A stretch of DNA of 64,000 bases from an uncultured Desulfovibrio sp. (GTDB lineage Bacteria > Desulfobacterota > Desulfovibrionia > Desulfovibrionales > Desulfovibrionaceae): assembly GCF_949282365.1 (NCBI RefSeq), contig NZ_CASDOY010000004.1, positions 19,690 to 83,689 of the forward strand, read 5' to 3'. Shown in pieces: positions 18,117 to 28,087 of this stretch. The notes under the pieces are model-generated. The model had not been told where the DNA came from, did no database searches, and saw only the letters and a program-made list of their open reading frames with translations. Each line of letters opens with the position of its first letter. Position 1 is the stretch's first letter. The position numbers and the translations under genes were made by a program.

Positions 18117-19235
18117 ATGAGCATCGATTTTTCCATCCACCAGCAGCAGGTGCACAGCACCGCCTCCCAGGGATCGGGCGCTTCTGCGGCTGCCGCAGGA
18201 TCGCTGTTCGGCAATGCCGCCACAGTGGTGGACTCCCCCATGTCCCTGCTGGCCGATGCCGCGGAAGAACTGACGTTTGCCGTCGATGCCACGGATGACT
18301 TCGAGCTGGAGGAACGCAAGGAGCGGGACGAGATCAGCGAAGCCATGGAGGAACGCCTCAAAAAGTATCAGGAACTGATGCGCGAGGCCCGCGAGATCCA
18401 GAAGATGGACCGGCTCAAGGGCTTCCTGGCTTCCCGCGCCGAAAAGGAAGAAGTCCTGCGCGAGCTGCGCCGCTTCTTCCCCGATCTTTCCGAGGCCTGG
18501 GCCGCCCTCAGGGACCTGCGCGACGAACTGTCCGCCGGGCCGGGCACCCCGCCGGAGACGTTGCACACCCTGGACCAGGCGCTGGACGAGCTGGAACGCA
18601 CTGAAGGCCCTGCCATCCGGGCCGGTATCAACGGCGCGCTCAATGCCCGGGGTTTCGAAGGGCTGGGCGATGCCGGCTCGCTGGGGGGCTTCTACCGGGA
18701 GACCGTCTGTCATTTCGAAGACGTCAATGCCCTGTATGCCCACATCCAGGAAACCTACGGCAAGGATTTCGACGCCGCCCTGGATTTCCTCTACAAGGCC
18801 CTGGCCAGCGACCTTGCGGCCGACGTGCCCAGCATGGAAACGAGCCATCTGGAACACGTCAACAGCAGCCTGGGCGACCTGCGGCAGCTGCAAAGCGCCC
18901 GCAGCCTGTGCGCCCGCCTGCTGGAGCGCTGGAGCAACGTCCACGGGATCCGGCACTGCCCCCTGGACGACATGGCCCTGCTGGGCAAGATCCTGGATCT
19001 GCGCAAGGAGCGATATGTCAGCGGCAGCCGCATCAGCGCGCTCGCGAAGGAAGCCGGCGCCCCGGACATCGAGCGCAAGGTGCTCTTCCTGCAGGAGCTG
19101 CTCAATACCACACGTTCGTTCGCCCCGTCCCTGTTCGACGGCAACGAAGGCCGCATGAAAGTGCTGGATGCCGTCCAGGATGCCGTGGATGCCGCCATCG
19201 CCGAGGAAGACGCCTGGCTGGCGGCCCAGGAATAG
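18117..19235 (+). CDS. sctW: T3SS gatekeeper SctW (YopN-TyeA fusion type)
   Basis: SLLADAAEELTF; FPDLSEAWAAL; IRAGIN; FYRETV; ALASDL; C-terminal TyeA-like domain. Confidence 0.9.
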   Translation: MSIDFSIHQQQVHSTASQGSGASAAAAGSLFGNAATVVDSPMSLLADAAEELTFAVDATDDFELEERKERDEISEAMEERLKKYQELMREAREIQKMDRLKGFLASRAEKEEVLRELRRFFPDLSEAWAALRDLRDELSAGPGTPPETLHTLDQALDELERTEGPAIRAGINGALNARGFEGLGDAGSLGGFYRETVCHFEDVNALYAHIQETYGKDFDAALDFLYKALASDLAADVPSMETSHLEHVNSSLGDLRQLQSARSLCARLLERWSNVHGIRHCPLDDMALLGKILDLRKERYVSGSRISALAKEAGAPDIERKVLFLQELLNTTRSFAPSLFDGNEGRMKVLDAVQDAVDAAIAEEDAWLAAQE

Positions 19236-19269
19236 AGACGCGGCCTTACCGGGCTGATGCGGAGATGCT

Positions 19270-19644
19270 ATGCTGGATCATGAACTGGATGCCCTGTGGA
19301 AGCGTATGGGCCTGCCCCCGCTGCGTTTTTCCCCGCAAGGGCTGATCGCGCTGGATATAGATACCATGGGCCGCCTGCATTTCGAAAGGCAGCAGCGGCA
19401 CGGCGAGGAGGAGCTGCTGCTCTACCTGGCCCGGCCCTGCCCGGCCCACGACCGGACCCTGCCGGAACGCGCCCTGGCCCTGTGCCATTATCATCATGCC
19501 CGCGCCTTCCCCCTGACCGCGGGCATGCGGGGGGATACCCTGATCCTGCTGACCCGTCTGCCCGAGCGGCAGGCCACCGCGGCCCGCATCGAAACCGCCG
19601 TCATGGAACTTGCGCAGGCCATGAACGACCTGCAGGGAGTTTGA
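19270..19644 (+). CDS. sycN: SycN-like chaperone
   Basis: RMGLP.L.F...G...L.I..MGRLHFER; follows sctW. Confidence 0.75.
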   Translation: MLDHELDALWKRMGLPPLRFSPQGLIALDIDTMGRLHFERQQRHGEEELLLYLARPCPAHDRTLPERALALCHYHHARAFPLTAGMRGDTLILLTRLPERQATAARIETAVMELAQAMNDLQGV

Positions 19645-19646
19645 AC

Positions 19647-20015
19647 ATGTCGCACTCGCCCGTCAATCTGCTGGATCCCGGACTGGGTATCCAGAACGTC
19701 ATGGATCCCGGTACGGACGGCCACCTGCCTGCGGCCCGGCCCCTGGCCTCCAGCGCCATGCGCGAGGCGGGGCTGGACGAGCTGTACAACAGCCGCCGTG
19801 CCTCGCAGCAGCTGGACGCGGCCCTGTGCCCGGCCCTCGGCGACGGTTCCATCCTCCAGCCCGAGATATTCCACATGGAACTGCAGGGCAGCCTTGCGGC
19901 GCTGCGGGACAGCGACAAGCCCGCCGTCCGGGCTTTCGTACGCGACGAACTGGCGCCCCTGCTGGAAAATACCGAGCTGCTCCGGGCCTATACCGGCCTG
20001 ATGGTGGGAGGCTAG
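19647..20015 (+). CDS. YscX/SctX-like protein
   Basis: LDPGLGIQNV; LCP...DGSILQP; LLENTELLRAYTGLM; sycN-X-Y-V synteny. Confidence 0.65.
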   Translation: MSHSPVNLLDPGLGIQNVMDPGTDGHLPAARPLASSAMREAGLDELYNSRRASQQLDAALCPALGDGSILQPEIFHMELQGSLAALRDSDKPAVRAFVRDELAPLLENTELLRAYTGLMVGG

Positions 20016-20016
20016 C

Positions 20017-20373
20017 ATGGCGGAGGGCCGTTCCCCGCTCACGGCAGGCCAGTGCCGCTCCCTGCAGGTGCTGGGGCATCTTTTCCTGCGCATGGGCCGG
20101 TTCCAGCGGGCCAGGAAACTGGCCCTGGCCCTGCTGGCCCTGGATCCCGACGACGCATGGGCACGGCGTTGTCTTGCCGTGGTCTGGCTGGAAACGGGCG
20201 ATGCCGAACGCGCACTGGAACAGCTCGACCGCCTGCTGGCAGGCGGGCCCCTCCCTTCGCGCGATGCCGTGCTGCACCTGCTCCGGGCCCGGGCCCTGTG
20301 GCAGGCAGGACGCGCCGATGAGGCGCGCAACGCGCTCAACGCCTATCTTGCCGCCGGGGGGAGCCATCTGTGA
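20017..20373 (+). CDS. YscY/SctY-like TPR chaperone
   Basis: TPR motifs (LGHLFLRMGRFQRA; LLRARALWQAGRADEAR); directly upstream of sctV. Confidence 0.75.
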   Translation: MAEGRSPLTAGQCRSLQVLGHLFLRMGRFQRARKLALALLALDPDDAWARRCLAVVWLETGDAERALEQLDRLLAGGPLPSRDAVLHLLRARALWQAGRADEARNALNAYLAAGGSHL

Positions 20374-22463
20374 GCCTGTTTTCCGACGCACGCAACATCG
20401 TCTCCCTGACCACGCGGCACAGTGACCTGGCCCTGGTGGGCCTGCTGGTGGCCGTCATCGCGCTGATGATCATGCCGTTGCCCACGGCCCTGGTGGATAC
20501 GCTCATCGGCGCCAACATGGCCCTGTCCTTCGCCATCATGATGATGACCATGTATGTCAGGACACCGCTGGAATTTTCCTCCTTCCCCACCATGCTGCTG
20601 TTCACCACCCTCTTCCGGGTGGGCCTGAACATCACCACCACCCGCCTGATCCTGCTCAATGCCGACGCCGGCGAGATCATCCAGACCTTCGGCGAATTCG
20701 CCCTGGGCGGCAACTTCGTAGTGGGTGCCGTGGTCTTCCTGATCCTGACCATCGTGCAGTTCCTGGTCATCGCCAAGGGCGCCGAACGTGTGGCCGAAGT
20801 GGGCGCGCGCTTCACCCTGGACGCCATGCCCGGCAAACAGATGTCCATCGACGCGGACATGCGCGCGGGCGTCATCGACATGGAGGAAGCCCAGCGCCGC
20901 CGCGAGATCATCAGCCAGGAAAGCAAGATGTTCGGCGCCATGGACGGCGCCATGAAGTTCGTCAAGGGCGACAGCATCGCCGGCATGATCGTGGCCGTGG
21001 TCAACATCGTGGGCGGTACCGTCATCGGCATCACCCAGCACGGCATCTCCGCCGGCGAAGCGCTGGAGATCTACGGCATCCTGACCATCGGCGACGGCCT
21101 CGTCTCCCAGATCCCCTCGCTCATCATCGCCATCTCGGCCGGTATCCTCATCACCCGTTCCGGCGACACCCAGGAAGACGTGGGGGCGCAGATCGGCGGC
21201 CAGTTCTTCGCCCAGCCCAAGGCCCTGCTCATGGCCGGCGGCCTGATCTTCCTTTTCGCGCTCATCCCCGGCTTCCCCAAGCCGCAGCTGTTCGCCCTGG
21301 CCTTCGCCATCGCCGGTCTCGGCTACATCCTGGACAGGATCCGCTCCGCCCCCGCGCCCCGGGATGCCCGCAAGGAACTCGACCAGTCCCTCAAGTCCGC
21401 CACCCGGAAGGAGCGCAAAAGCCGTCCCTCCGGTCCCCAGGACGATTTCGCGCCCACGGTGCCCATCATCCTCGACATCTCGGAGGCTCTGGCGACCTCG
21501 CTGGATTACGATGCCCTCAACGACGAGCTGGCCGCGCTGCGGCGTGCCCTCTACTTCGACATGGGCGTGCCCTTTCCCGGCATCAACCTGCGCGTGACCC
21601 CCTCCCTGCCCGGGCTGACCTATGAACTGCAGGTCAACGAGATCCCCATGTCGCGCGGCCAGATGGAAGCGGGCATGGTGCTGGCACGCGAAAGCGAGGA
21701 CACCCTGCGCATGCTCGGCGTGGAGGTCAGACATGGCGAGAACTTCCTGCCCGATGTGGAGAGCCTGTGGATCCCGGCGGAAAAACAGGCTCTGCTGGAG
21801 CAGGCAGGCTTGACCTGCATGGGCCACTCCCGCATCCTGGCCTATCACCTTTCGCTGGTGCTGGCCCGGCATGCCTCCAGTTTCATCGGCATGCAGGAGA
21901 CGAAGTACCTGCTGGACCGCATGGAAGAACGCGCCCCGGACCTGGTGCGCGAGGCCACCCGCCTGCTGCCCGTGCAGCGCATCGCGGAGATCTTCCAGCG
22001 TCTGGCCCAGGAGCAGGTCTCCATCCGCGACCTGCGGAACATTTTGGAAGCCATCATCGAATGGAGCCCCAAGGAAAAGGATACCGTCATGCTGACCGAA
22101 TATGTGCGCGGCGCCCTCAAGCGCCAGATAAGCTACATGTATTCGCGGGGCCAGAACATGCTGCCGGCCATCCTCATGGATCCCTCGGTGGAAGAGACCA
22201 TCCGCAAGGCCATCCGGCAGACCTCGGCCGGGGCCTTCCTGGCGCTCGACCCCGACACCTCGCGCCGCTTCATCGCGGCCGTGGGCACGGCGGCGGGCGA
22301 CTACCGCAAGCATGTCCAGCGGCCCGTCCTGCTGGCCAGCATGGATATCCGCCGCTATGTGCGCCGCCTCATCGAAGGGGAACACTACCGGCTGCCCGTG
22401 GTCTCCTACCAGGAGATCACCCCGGAGATCAGCGTCCAGCCCGTGAACAGGATCCGCCTCTAG
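20370..22463 (+). CDS. sctV: T3SS export gate SctV (LcrD/FlhA family)
   Basis: KGAERVAEVGARFTLDAMPGKQMSIDAD; GAMDGAMKFVKGD; IGDGLVSQIP. Confidence 0.97.
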   Translation: MSLFSDARNIVSLTTRHSDLALVGLLVAVIALMIMPLPTALVDTLIGANMALSFAIMMMTMYVRTPLEFSSFPTMLLFTTLFRVGLNITTTRLILLNADAGEIIQTFGEFALGGNFVVGAVVFLILTIVQFLVIAKGAERVAEVGARFTLDAMPGKQMSIDADMRAGVIDMEEAQRRREIISQESKMFGAMDGAMKFVKGDSIAGMIVAVVNIVGGTVIGITQHGISAGEALEIYGILTIGDGLVSQIPSLIIAISAGILITRSGDTQEDVGAQIGGQFFAQPKALLMAGGLIFLFALIPGFPKPQLFALAFAIAGLGYILDRIRSAPAPRDARKELDQSLKSATRKERKSRPSGPQDDFAPTVPIILDISEALATSLDYDALNDELAALRRALYFDMGVPFPGINLRVTPSLPGLTYELQVNEIPMSRGQMEAGMVLARESEDTLRMLGVEVRHGENFLPDVESLWIPAEKQALLEQAGLTCMGHSRILAYHLSLVLARHASSFIGMQETKYLLDRMEERAPDLVREATRLLPVQRIAEIFQRLAQEQVSIRDLRNILEAIIEWSPKEKDTVMLTEYVRGALKRQISYMYSRGQNMLPAILMDPSVEETIRKAIRQTSAGAFLALDPDTSRRFIAAVGTAAGDYRKHVQRPVLLASMDIRRYVRRLIEGEHYRLPVVSYQEITPEISVQPVNRIRL

Positions 22464-22472
22464 GAGCAAGGC

Positions 22473-22730
22473 ATGGAACTCGCCATCGATTACGCTGTCA
22501 ACGCCCTGTATCTGGTCATGATCCTTTCCCTGCCGCCCATCGTGGTCGCCTCGGCCGTGGGCATCGTCCTCAGCCTTGTCCAGGCCATCACCCAGCTGCA
22601 GGAACAGACCCTGACCTTCGGCGTCAAACTGCTGGCCGTGGGCGTGACGCTCTTTCTGATGGGCAAATGGCTGAGCGGCGAGATACTGCATTACAGCGAG
22701 GACATCTTCAACCGTTTTTACCTGCTCTGA
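22473..22730 (+). CDS. sctS: T3SS export apparatus SctS
   Basis: SLPP.VVAS.VG..LSL.QAITQLQEQTL.F.VKL. Confidence 0.95.
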   Translation: MELAIDYAVNALYLVMILSLPPIVVASAVGIVLSLVQAITQLQEQTLTFGVKLLAVGVTLFLMGKWLSGEILHYSEDIFNRFYLL

Positions 22731-22791
22731 ACGGCAGGGGCAGCCGCATGCCGGACCGTGATCCGGCGGCGCCGGTGCGGACAGGACGCGC

Positions 22792-23628
22792 ATGGATCTT
22801 TCGCAATTCTTGCAGGAGATAGGGGCCTACGGGCACCTGACGGCCTTGCTGCTGGGCATGCCGCGGCTCTTCGCCCTGGTGGCCGTGGCGCCCTTTTTCG
22901 GGGCCTCGGTCGTCACGGGGCAGATACGCATGCTGCTGGTCCTGGCCCTGTACCTGCCCATGCATCCCGTCATCTTCAGCGAACTCACGGACGAGATGAC
23001 GCTCTCCGCCGCGCTTTCCCTGGCCGTGGGCGGCCGTCTGGCCCTGCTCCTGTTCAAGGAGGCCGTCCTCGGCCTGATGATCGGTTTTCTGGCGGGCATC
23101 GTCTTCTGGACGGTACAGAGCGCGGGCTTTTTCATGGACAACCAGCGCGGCGCCACCATGGCCGAAGGGGCGGACATCCTGTCCGGCGACCAGAGCAGCC
23201 CCCTGGGGCAGCTGCTGTTCCAGAGCCTGGTCTATATTTTTTATACCTCCGGGGCCTTCCTGGCCTTCGTGGGACTGGTCTATGCCAGCTACGGCATCTG
23301 GCCGGTGACGGAGCTCCTGCCCATGGCCGTGTCCCAGGGCGCGCCCCTGTATTTCGCGGAGAAGGTGGGCTGGCTCATGGGCCACATGCTTTTGCTGGCC
23401 GGGCCCATCGCCGTGGCCTGCCTGCTGACCGACATCGCCCTGGGCCTGGTCAACCGTTTTGCCTCGCAGCTCAATGTTTATGTGCTGGCCATGCCCATCA
23501 AGTGCGGCATCGCGGCCTTCCTGCTCTGTTTCTACTTCGGCCTCCTGCTGTCGCACGCGCCGGAGCTGTTTGATTTCACACGCGAATCCATCCTCAAGCT
23601 GGACAATGTCCTGCCGGGAGGGGACTAA
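22792..23628 (+). CDS. sctT: T3SS export apparatus SctT
   Basis: KEAVLGLMIGF; AGFFMDNQRG; LGLVNRFASQLNVYVLAMPIK. Confidence 0.95.
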   Translation: MDLSQFLQEIGAYGHLTALLLGMPRLFALVAVAPFFGASVVTGQIRMLLVLALYLPMHPVIFSELTDEMTLSAALSLAVGGRLALLLFKEAVLGLMIGFLAGIVFWTVQSAGFFMDNQRGATMAEGADILSGDQSSPLGQLLFQSLVYIFYTSGAFLAFVGLVYASYGIWPVTELLPMAVSQGAPLYFAEKVGWLMGHMLLLAGPIAVACLLTDIALGLVNRFASQLNVYVLAMPIKCGIAAFLLCFYFGLLLSHAPELFDFTRESILKLDNVLPGGD

Positions 23629-23688
23629 GACCGCCGGCCTGCGCCGGGCCCCGGGGCCTGACGCTGGGCACGGCAACGGCATGCGTCC

Positions 23689-24732
23689 ATGAGCAGTGAA
23701 AAGACCGAACAAGCTACGCCCAAACGCCTGCGGGACATCCGGGCCAAGGGGCAGGTTGCCAAAAGCCAGGACGTGCCCTCGGCACTGACCGTCATGGCGG
23801 TGGCGGTCTATCTGCTGGCCATGGCCTCCGACATGCTCAAGACCATGCTGACCATGGGCGAGATCCCCATGCTGCTCATGAACAGGCCCTTTGACGAGGC
23901 CCTGGAGCTGGCCGCCACCTCGACCCTGCTCTGCTCCCTGCGCGTGGCCGCCCCGCTCATCGGCATGGTCCTGGCCGTGGCCCTGTGCGCCAACCTGATG
24001 CAGGTGGGGGTGCTGTTCGCACCGCAGGCCGCCATGCCCAAGCTGGAGAACCTGGACATGGCCAAATGGTTCAAGCAGGTCTTCTCGCTCAAGAACCTGG
24101 TGGAATTCGTCAAGAACATCCTCAAAGTACTGGTCCTGGGACTGAGCGTGTACATCATTTTTGCCGACTATCTGCCGCGCCTGTTCCGCATCCCGCAAGG
24201 GGACATCGGCGACATGTGGCAGCTGCTCGGCTCCGCCTGCGGCGAGCTCGTGCTGACAGCGGCGGGCGTGTTCTGCGTCATCGCCGCTGCGGACTGGTGC
24301 TTCCAGAAATGGCAGTTCAACAAGCAGAACATGATGAGCAAGGACGAAGTCAAGCGGGAATACAAGGAAAGCGAGGGCGACCCGCTCATCAAGGGCAAGC
24401 GCAAGCAGCTGCATCAGGAGATGATCGCCCAGAACCAGCTCGCCAACGTCAGGAAAGCGAAGGTGCTCGTGACCAATCCCACCCATTTCGCCGTGGCCCT
24501 GGACTATGAAAAGGACAAGACCCCCCTGCCCGTCATCCTGGCCAAGGGGCAGGGCGTGCTGGCGCAGCGCATGATCGAGATCGCCAGGGAAGAGGGCATC
24601 CCCGTCATGCGCAATGTCCCGCTGGCACGCAGCCTGTATGAACAGGGGACGGAAAACGCCTATATCCCCCAGGACCTCATCGGCCCCGTGGCCGAAGTGC
24701 TGCGCTGGGTACAGTCCCTGCACAGAGGATAA
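23689..24732 (+). CDS. sctU: T3SS export switch SctU
   Basis: EKTEQATPKRL; MSKDEVKREYKESEGDP; NPTH autocleavage motif. Confidence 0.97.
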   Translation: MSSEKTEQATPKRLRDIRAKGQVAKSQDVPSALTVMAVAVYLLAMASDMLKTMLTMGEIPMLLMNRPFDEALELAATSTLLCSLRVAAPLIGMVLAVALCANLMQVGVLFAPQAAMPKLENLDMAKWFKQVFSLKNLVEFVKNILKVLVLGLSVYIIFADYLPRLFRIPQGDIGDMWQLLGSACGELVLTAAGVFCVIAAADWCFQKWQFNKQNMMSKDEVKREYKESEGDPLIKGKRKQLHQEMIAQNQLANVRKAKVLVTNPTHFAVALDYEKDKTPLPVILAKGQGVLAQRMIEIAREEGIPVMRNVPLARSLYEQGTENAYIPQDLIGPVAEVLRWVQSLHRG

Positions 24733-24734
24733 CC

Positions 24735-26030
24735 ATGCCTGACAAAAACACCCGTACGCTCGACCTGCTGATCCATCTGTGCGACGACCTCGCCTGGGGC
24801 CGTCCCGCCGATGCGGATGCCCTGTTCGCCCTGACCCGCAGCGGCAGCTCCACCCCGGCCCTGGAACGTCTGGCCGAGGCCTTCGGCATGATGATCGTCA
24901 AGGTGGAGACCCGCGAATTCCAGCGGGCCGAACTGCTGGAAAAGGTGGAACAGCTTGAGCAGGAACTGGAAAAAAGCCGGGCCCGCCTGCATGAGGAGAA
25001 CCGCCATGTGGTGGAGACCCTGCAAAGGGAATACAACGTCCGCCGCATCATCGGCCACTGTCCGGCCATGAAACAGGTGGTGGCCCAGGCGCTGGCCATC
25101 GCCCGGCGGCCCATCAATACCCTGATCCTCGGGCCTTCCGGTACGGGCAAGGAGATCTTCGCCAAGACCATCCATTACCACTCGCCCCGGCGCGATGCGC
25201 CCTTCGTGGCGGTCAACTGCACGGCCATCCCCGATTCCCTGTTCGAAAGCGAGATGTTCGGCATCGAAAAGGGCGTGGCCACCGGCGTCAGCGCCCGGCG
25301 CGGTCTGGTGGAGGAAGCCTCGGGCGGGACGCTTTTCCTCGACGAGCTGGCGGACATGTCCCTGCCCAATCAGGCCAAGCTGCTGCGCGTCCTTGAAGAA
25401 CGGGAAGTGCTGCGCGTGGGCAGCGCCAGGCCCGTGCCCGTGGACATCAAGATCATCGCGGCCACCAATGTGGATCTGAAGCAGGCCGTGGCCCAGGGGC
25501 GTTTCCGGCAGGATCTCTACTATCGCCTCAACGTGGCCGAGCTGACGCTGCCTCCGCTGCACGAGCGGGGGGACGACATCCTCCTGCTCGCCCGCCACCT
25601 GCTGGCCCAGCATGCACGCAACATGGACCGCGAGCCCCTGACCCTGGCCCCGGCCACCCGGCAATGCCTGCTGGCCTACGACTGGCCCGGCAATGTGCGC
25701 GAGCTGGGCAACGAGATGGAACGGGCCGCCGCCCTGACGGTGGACAGCGTCGTCCGTCCGTCCGATCTTTCCCCCAAGCTGCTCGCTGCCCTGGCCCGCA
25801 GCGGCGGCATAGGCGTTCCAGGGGCGGCCATTCCGGCAGCGGAGCCCGCCCTGCCTGCTTCCTTCAATCTGGAAGAGGCGGAGCGCCTGCTGGTGCAGCG
25901 AGCCCTGGAAGCCTGTCAGGGCAACAAGAGCCGGGCCGCGGAGCTGCTCGGCATCACCCGGGAAGGTCTGCGCAAGAAACTGCTGCGTCTTGACCGGAAT
26001 CCCAGCGCCCCCGACAGGGAGGATGCATGA
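24735..26030 (+). CDS. Sigma-54-dependent enhancer-binding activator (AAA+ and Fis HTH, no receiver domain)
   Basis: GPSGTGKE; FESEMFG; GGTLFLDE; QAKLLRVL; FRQDLYYRLNV; WPGNVREL; GNKSRAAELLGITR. Confidence 0.93.
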   Translation: MPDKNTRTLDLLIHLCDDLAWGRPADADALFALTRSGSSTPALERLAEAFGMMIVKVETREFQRAELLEKVEQLEQELEKSRARLHEENRHVVETLQREYNVRRIIGHCPAMKQVVAQALAIARRPINTLILGPSGTGKEIFAKTIHYHSPRRDAPFVAVNCTAIPDSLFESEMFGIEKGVATGVSARRGLVEEASGGTLFLDELADMSLPNQAKLLRVLEEREVLRVGSARPVPVDIKIIAATNVDLKQAVAQGRFRQDLYYRLNVAELTLPPLHERGDDILLLARHLLAQHARNMDREPLTLAPATRQCLLAYDWPGNVRELGNEMERAAALTVDSVVRPSDLSPKLLAALARSGGIGVPGAAIPAAEPALPASFNLEEAERLLVQRALEACQGNKSRAAELLGITREGLRKKLLRLDRNPSAPDREDA

Positions 26031-28081
26031 ATCTGAGCCTTCGTCTGCGACTGGCCCTGCTGGTCGCGGCCTCCATCGCCCTTACCGTGGGCCTGGCCCT
26101 GTACCTGACCTGGCAGCAGGTAGGCGAACATATGGAGACCCTTGAGGAAAAGAACTTCGCCAGCCTGCTGCGCGTCGAAGAAGAACGCCTCAATACGGCC
26201 TCTCTCGACTATCTGGGCGCCAAGGTGCGCTCCGTGCTCCTGCGCAAGGCCCAGCTGCGTGATGCCGCCGCCCGTGTGCAGGCCCTGCTGCGCTTCACGA
26301 CGCCGCTGCCCGCAGGGCAGACGGACCTGGCTTCCCGGCAGGCCCTGCTCTCCGTCATGGATGCCGCCAGTCTCGGCCTGGCGGACAGCGTGGACAGCAT
26401 CCGCATGGAGATCCTGGACATGGAGCTGCTCCGCCGCGGGGGCACGAGCCGCCTGGGACTGGCCGCGGGCCTGCAGGACGTCAAGCAGCGGCCCCTGCAG
26501 CGCCTGCTCGGGCATCTTTCCCGGGACGGCGACTTTGCCGTGCTGGACCTGCCCCGGCTCATGGCCACCAGCGAGGGCGAGATCCTCTCTGGCACCTACC
26601 GGCCGGTGCTGGCCCACTTCCTGCCGCTGGACCATGCGCGCCCGCCCCGCGAGGTGCTGGTCTCCATGATCCCGCTGGATGACCTGGAAAAGATGGCCGC
26701 CCAGGTCAAGGAGCGCCTGCTGGAAAGCATGCAGAAAAAATTTCAGGAGATCCCCCTCTATGCCGGCGGTCTCATCGTCCTGCTGGACAGGGAGGGGACT
26801 GTGCTGGCCCGTGGCGGTGACGGCAGTCTGCCGGACGGCTTCACCACGGCACGGGCCGAGGCACGCCGCACCGGCATGAGCAAGGTCGTCCTCCCCTCCG
26901 GGCAGGGGGACATGCTCTGTCTGCTGGGCAGCATCCGGGCCTTTGACTGGAACGTGGCCATGATCGCGCCCCTGGCCGCCATCAGGGCGCCGTCCGACGC
27001 CCTGCTGGCCCGCCTGCTGGCCGTGATCCTGCCCATCATGGCCCTGGCGGCCCTGCTGGCCCTGCTCACCCTGGTCAGGACCCTGCATCCCCTGAAGCTG
27101 CTGACCCGCAGGACCAGGGAACTGGCGGCCGTGGACTTTTCCGCTCCGGATGCCCTTGACCGGCTCGAACCTCTCGTCAGCCGTGGGCTGCCGCTGGAAC
27201 GCCGGGACGAGCTGGGGCAGCTGGCCCGCGCCTATGCCCGCATGGGCGGCGCTCTGGCCGTCAACATCCGCAATCTGATGGAGGCCACAGCCAGCAAGGA
27301 ACGCATGGAAGGGGAACTTTCCGCCGCACGCGAGATACAGATGGGCATCCTGCCGCCCCCGGACGGCGCGCCGGAGATCTGCGGCTTCCGGGCTTCGGCC
27401 TTTCTGGACCCCGCCAAGGAGGTCGGTGGCGACCTGTACGACTTCTTCATCACCCGCGACGGTCGCCGTGCCCTGGTGCTGGGCGACGTCTCCGGCAAGG
27501 GGGTCCCGGCGGCCCTGTTCATGTCCATGACCGTGACCCTGGTGCGTTACGCCCTGGATTCGGGCCTCGATCCGGCGGCCGCCATGAGCCGGGTCAACAC
27601 CATGCTCGAGGCCCACAACCCCGGCAACATGTTCGTGACCCTCTTCCTGGCCCTGTACGATCCCGACAGCGGGGAACTGGTCTATGCCAACGGCGGGCAC
27701 TGTCCGCCCTATATCGTGGACGCCGCCTGCGACAGGCCGCCCCGCACGCTGGACAGCCTGAGCGGCCCTCTGGTGGGCGTCATGCCCGATGTGAGCTACG
27801 AGCTTTTCAGGGACAGCCTCGGCGAACAGGAGACCTGCCTGATCTTCACCGACGGCGTGACCGAAGCCATGAACAGCGGCAAGGAGCTGTACGGCGAGGC
27901 CCGTCTGCAGGCCTTCCTGGCCCGACACCGCGACGCGGCGCCCCGCGAGCTGCTGGCCCTCATCTTCAGTGAACTGGTCCGCTTCCGCGGCGACGAGCCG
28001 CAATCGGACGACATCACCATGCTGGCCTTCTGCCGTACCGGCGGCGACGCAGGCGCGACCCCTGCCCCAACCTTGAACTGA
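26027..28081 (+). CDS. Membrane-bound RsbU/SpoIIE (PP2C) phosphatase with periplasmic sensor and HAMP domain (BtrU-like)
   Basis: Two TM helices; RDELGQLA HAMP; EVGGDLYDF; GDVSGKG; NMFVT; FTDGVTEA; DDIT. Confidence 0.92.
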   Translation: MNLSLRLRLALLVAASIALTVGLALYLTWQQVGEHMETLEEKNFASLLRVEEERLNTASLDYLGAKVRSVLLRKAQLRDAAARVQALLRFTTPLPAGQTDLASRQALLSVMDAASLGLADSVDSIRMEILDMELLRRGGTSRLGLAAGLQDVKQRPLQRLLGHLSRDGDFAVLDLPRLMATSEGEILSGTYRPVLAHFLPLDHARPPREVLVSMIPLDDLEKMAAQVKERLLESMQKKFQEIPLYAGGLIVLLDREGTVLARGGDGSLPDGFTTARAEARRTGMSKVVLPSGQGDMLCLLGSIRAFDWNVAMIAPLAAIRAPSDALLARLLAVILPIMALAALLALLTLVRTLHPLKLLTRRTRELAAVDFSAPDALDRLEPLVSRGLPLERRDELGQLARAYARMGGALAVNIRNLMEATASKERMEGELSAAREIQMGILPPPDGAPEICGFRASAFLDPAKEVGGDLYDFFITRDGRRALVLGDVSGKGVPAALFMSMTVTLVRYALDSGLDPAAAMSRVNTMLEAHNPGNMFVTLFLALYDPDSGELVYANGGHCPPYIVDAACDRPPRTLDSLSGPLVGVMPDVSYELFRDSLGEQETCLIFTDGVTEAMNSGKELYGEARLQAFLARHRDAAPRELLALIFSELVRFRGDEPQSDDITMLAFCRTGGDAGATPAPTLN

Positions 28082-28087
28082 CCGACC

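Noticed and set aside
703-24732. Flagellar export cluster
   Set aside because: Secretin, SctD/J, needle, SycD and translocators are present, with no flagellar rod, hook or motor genes
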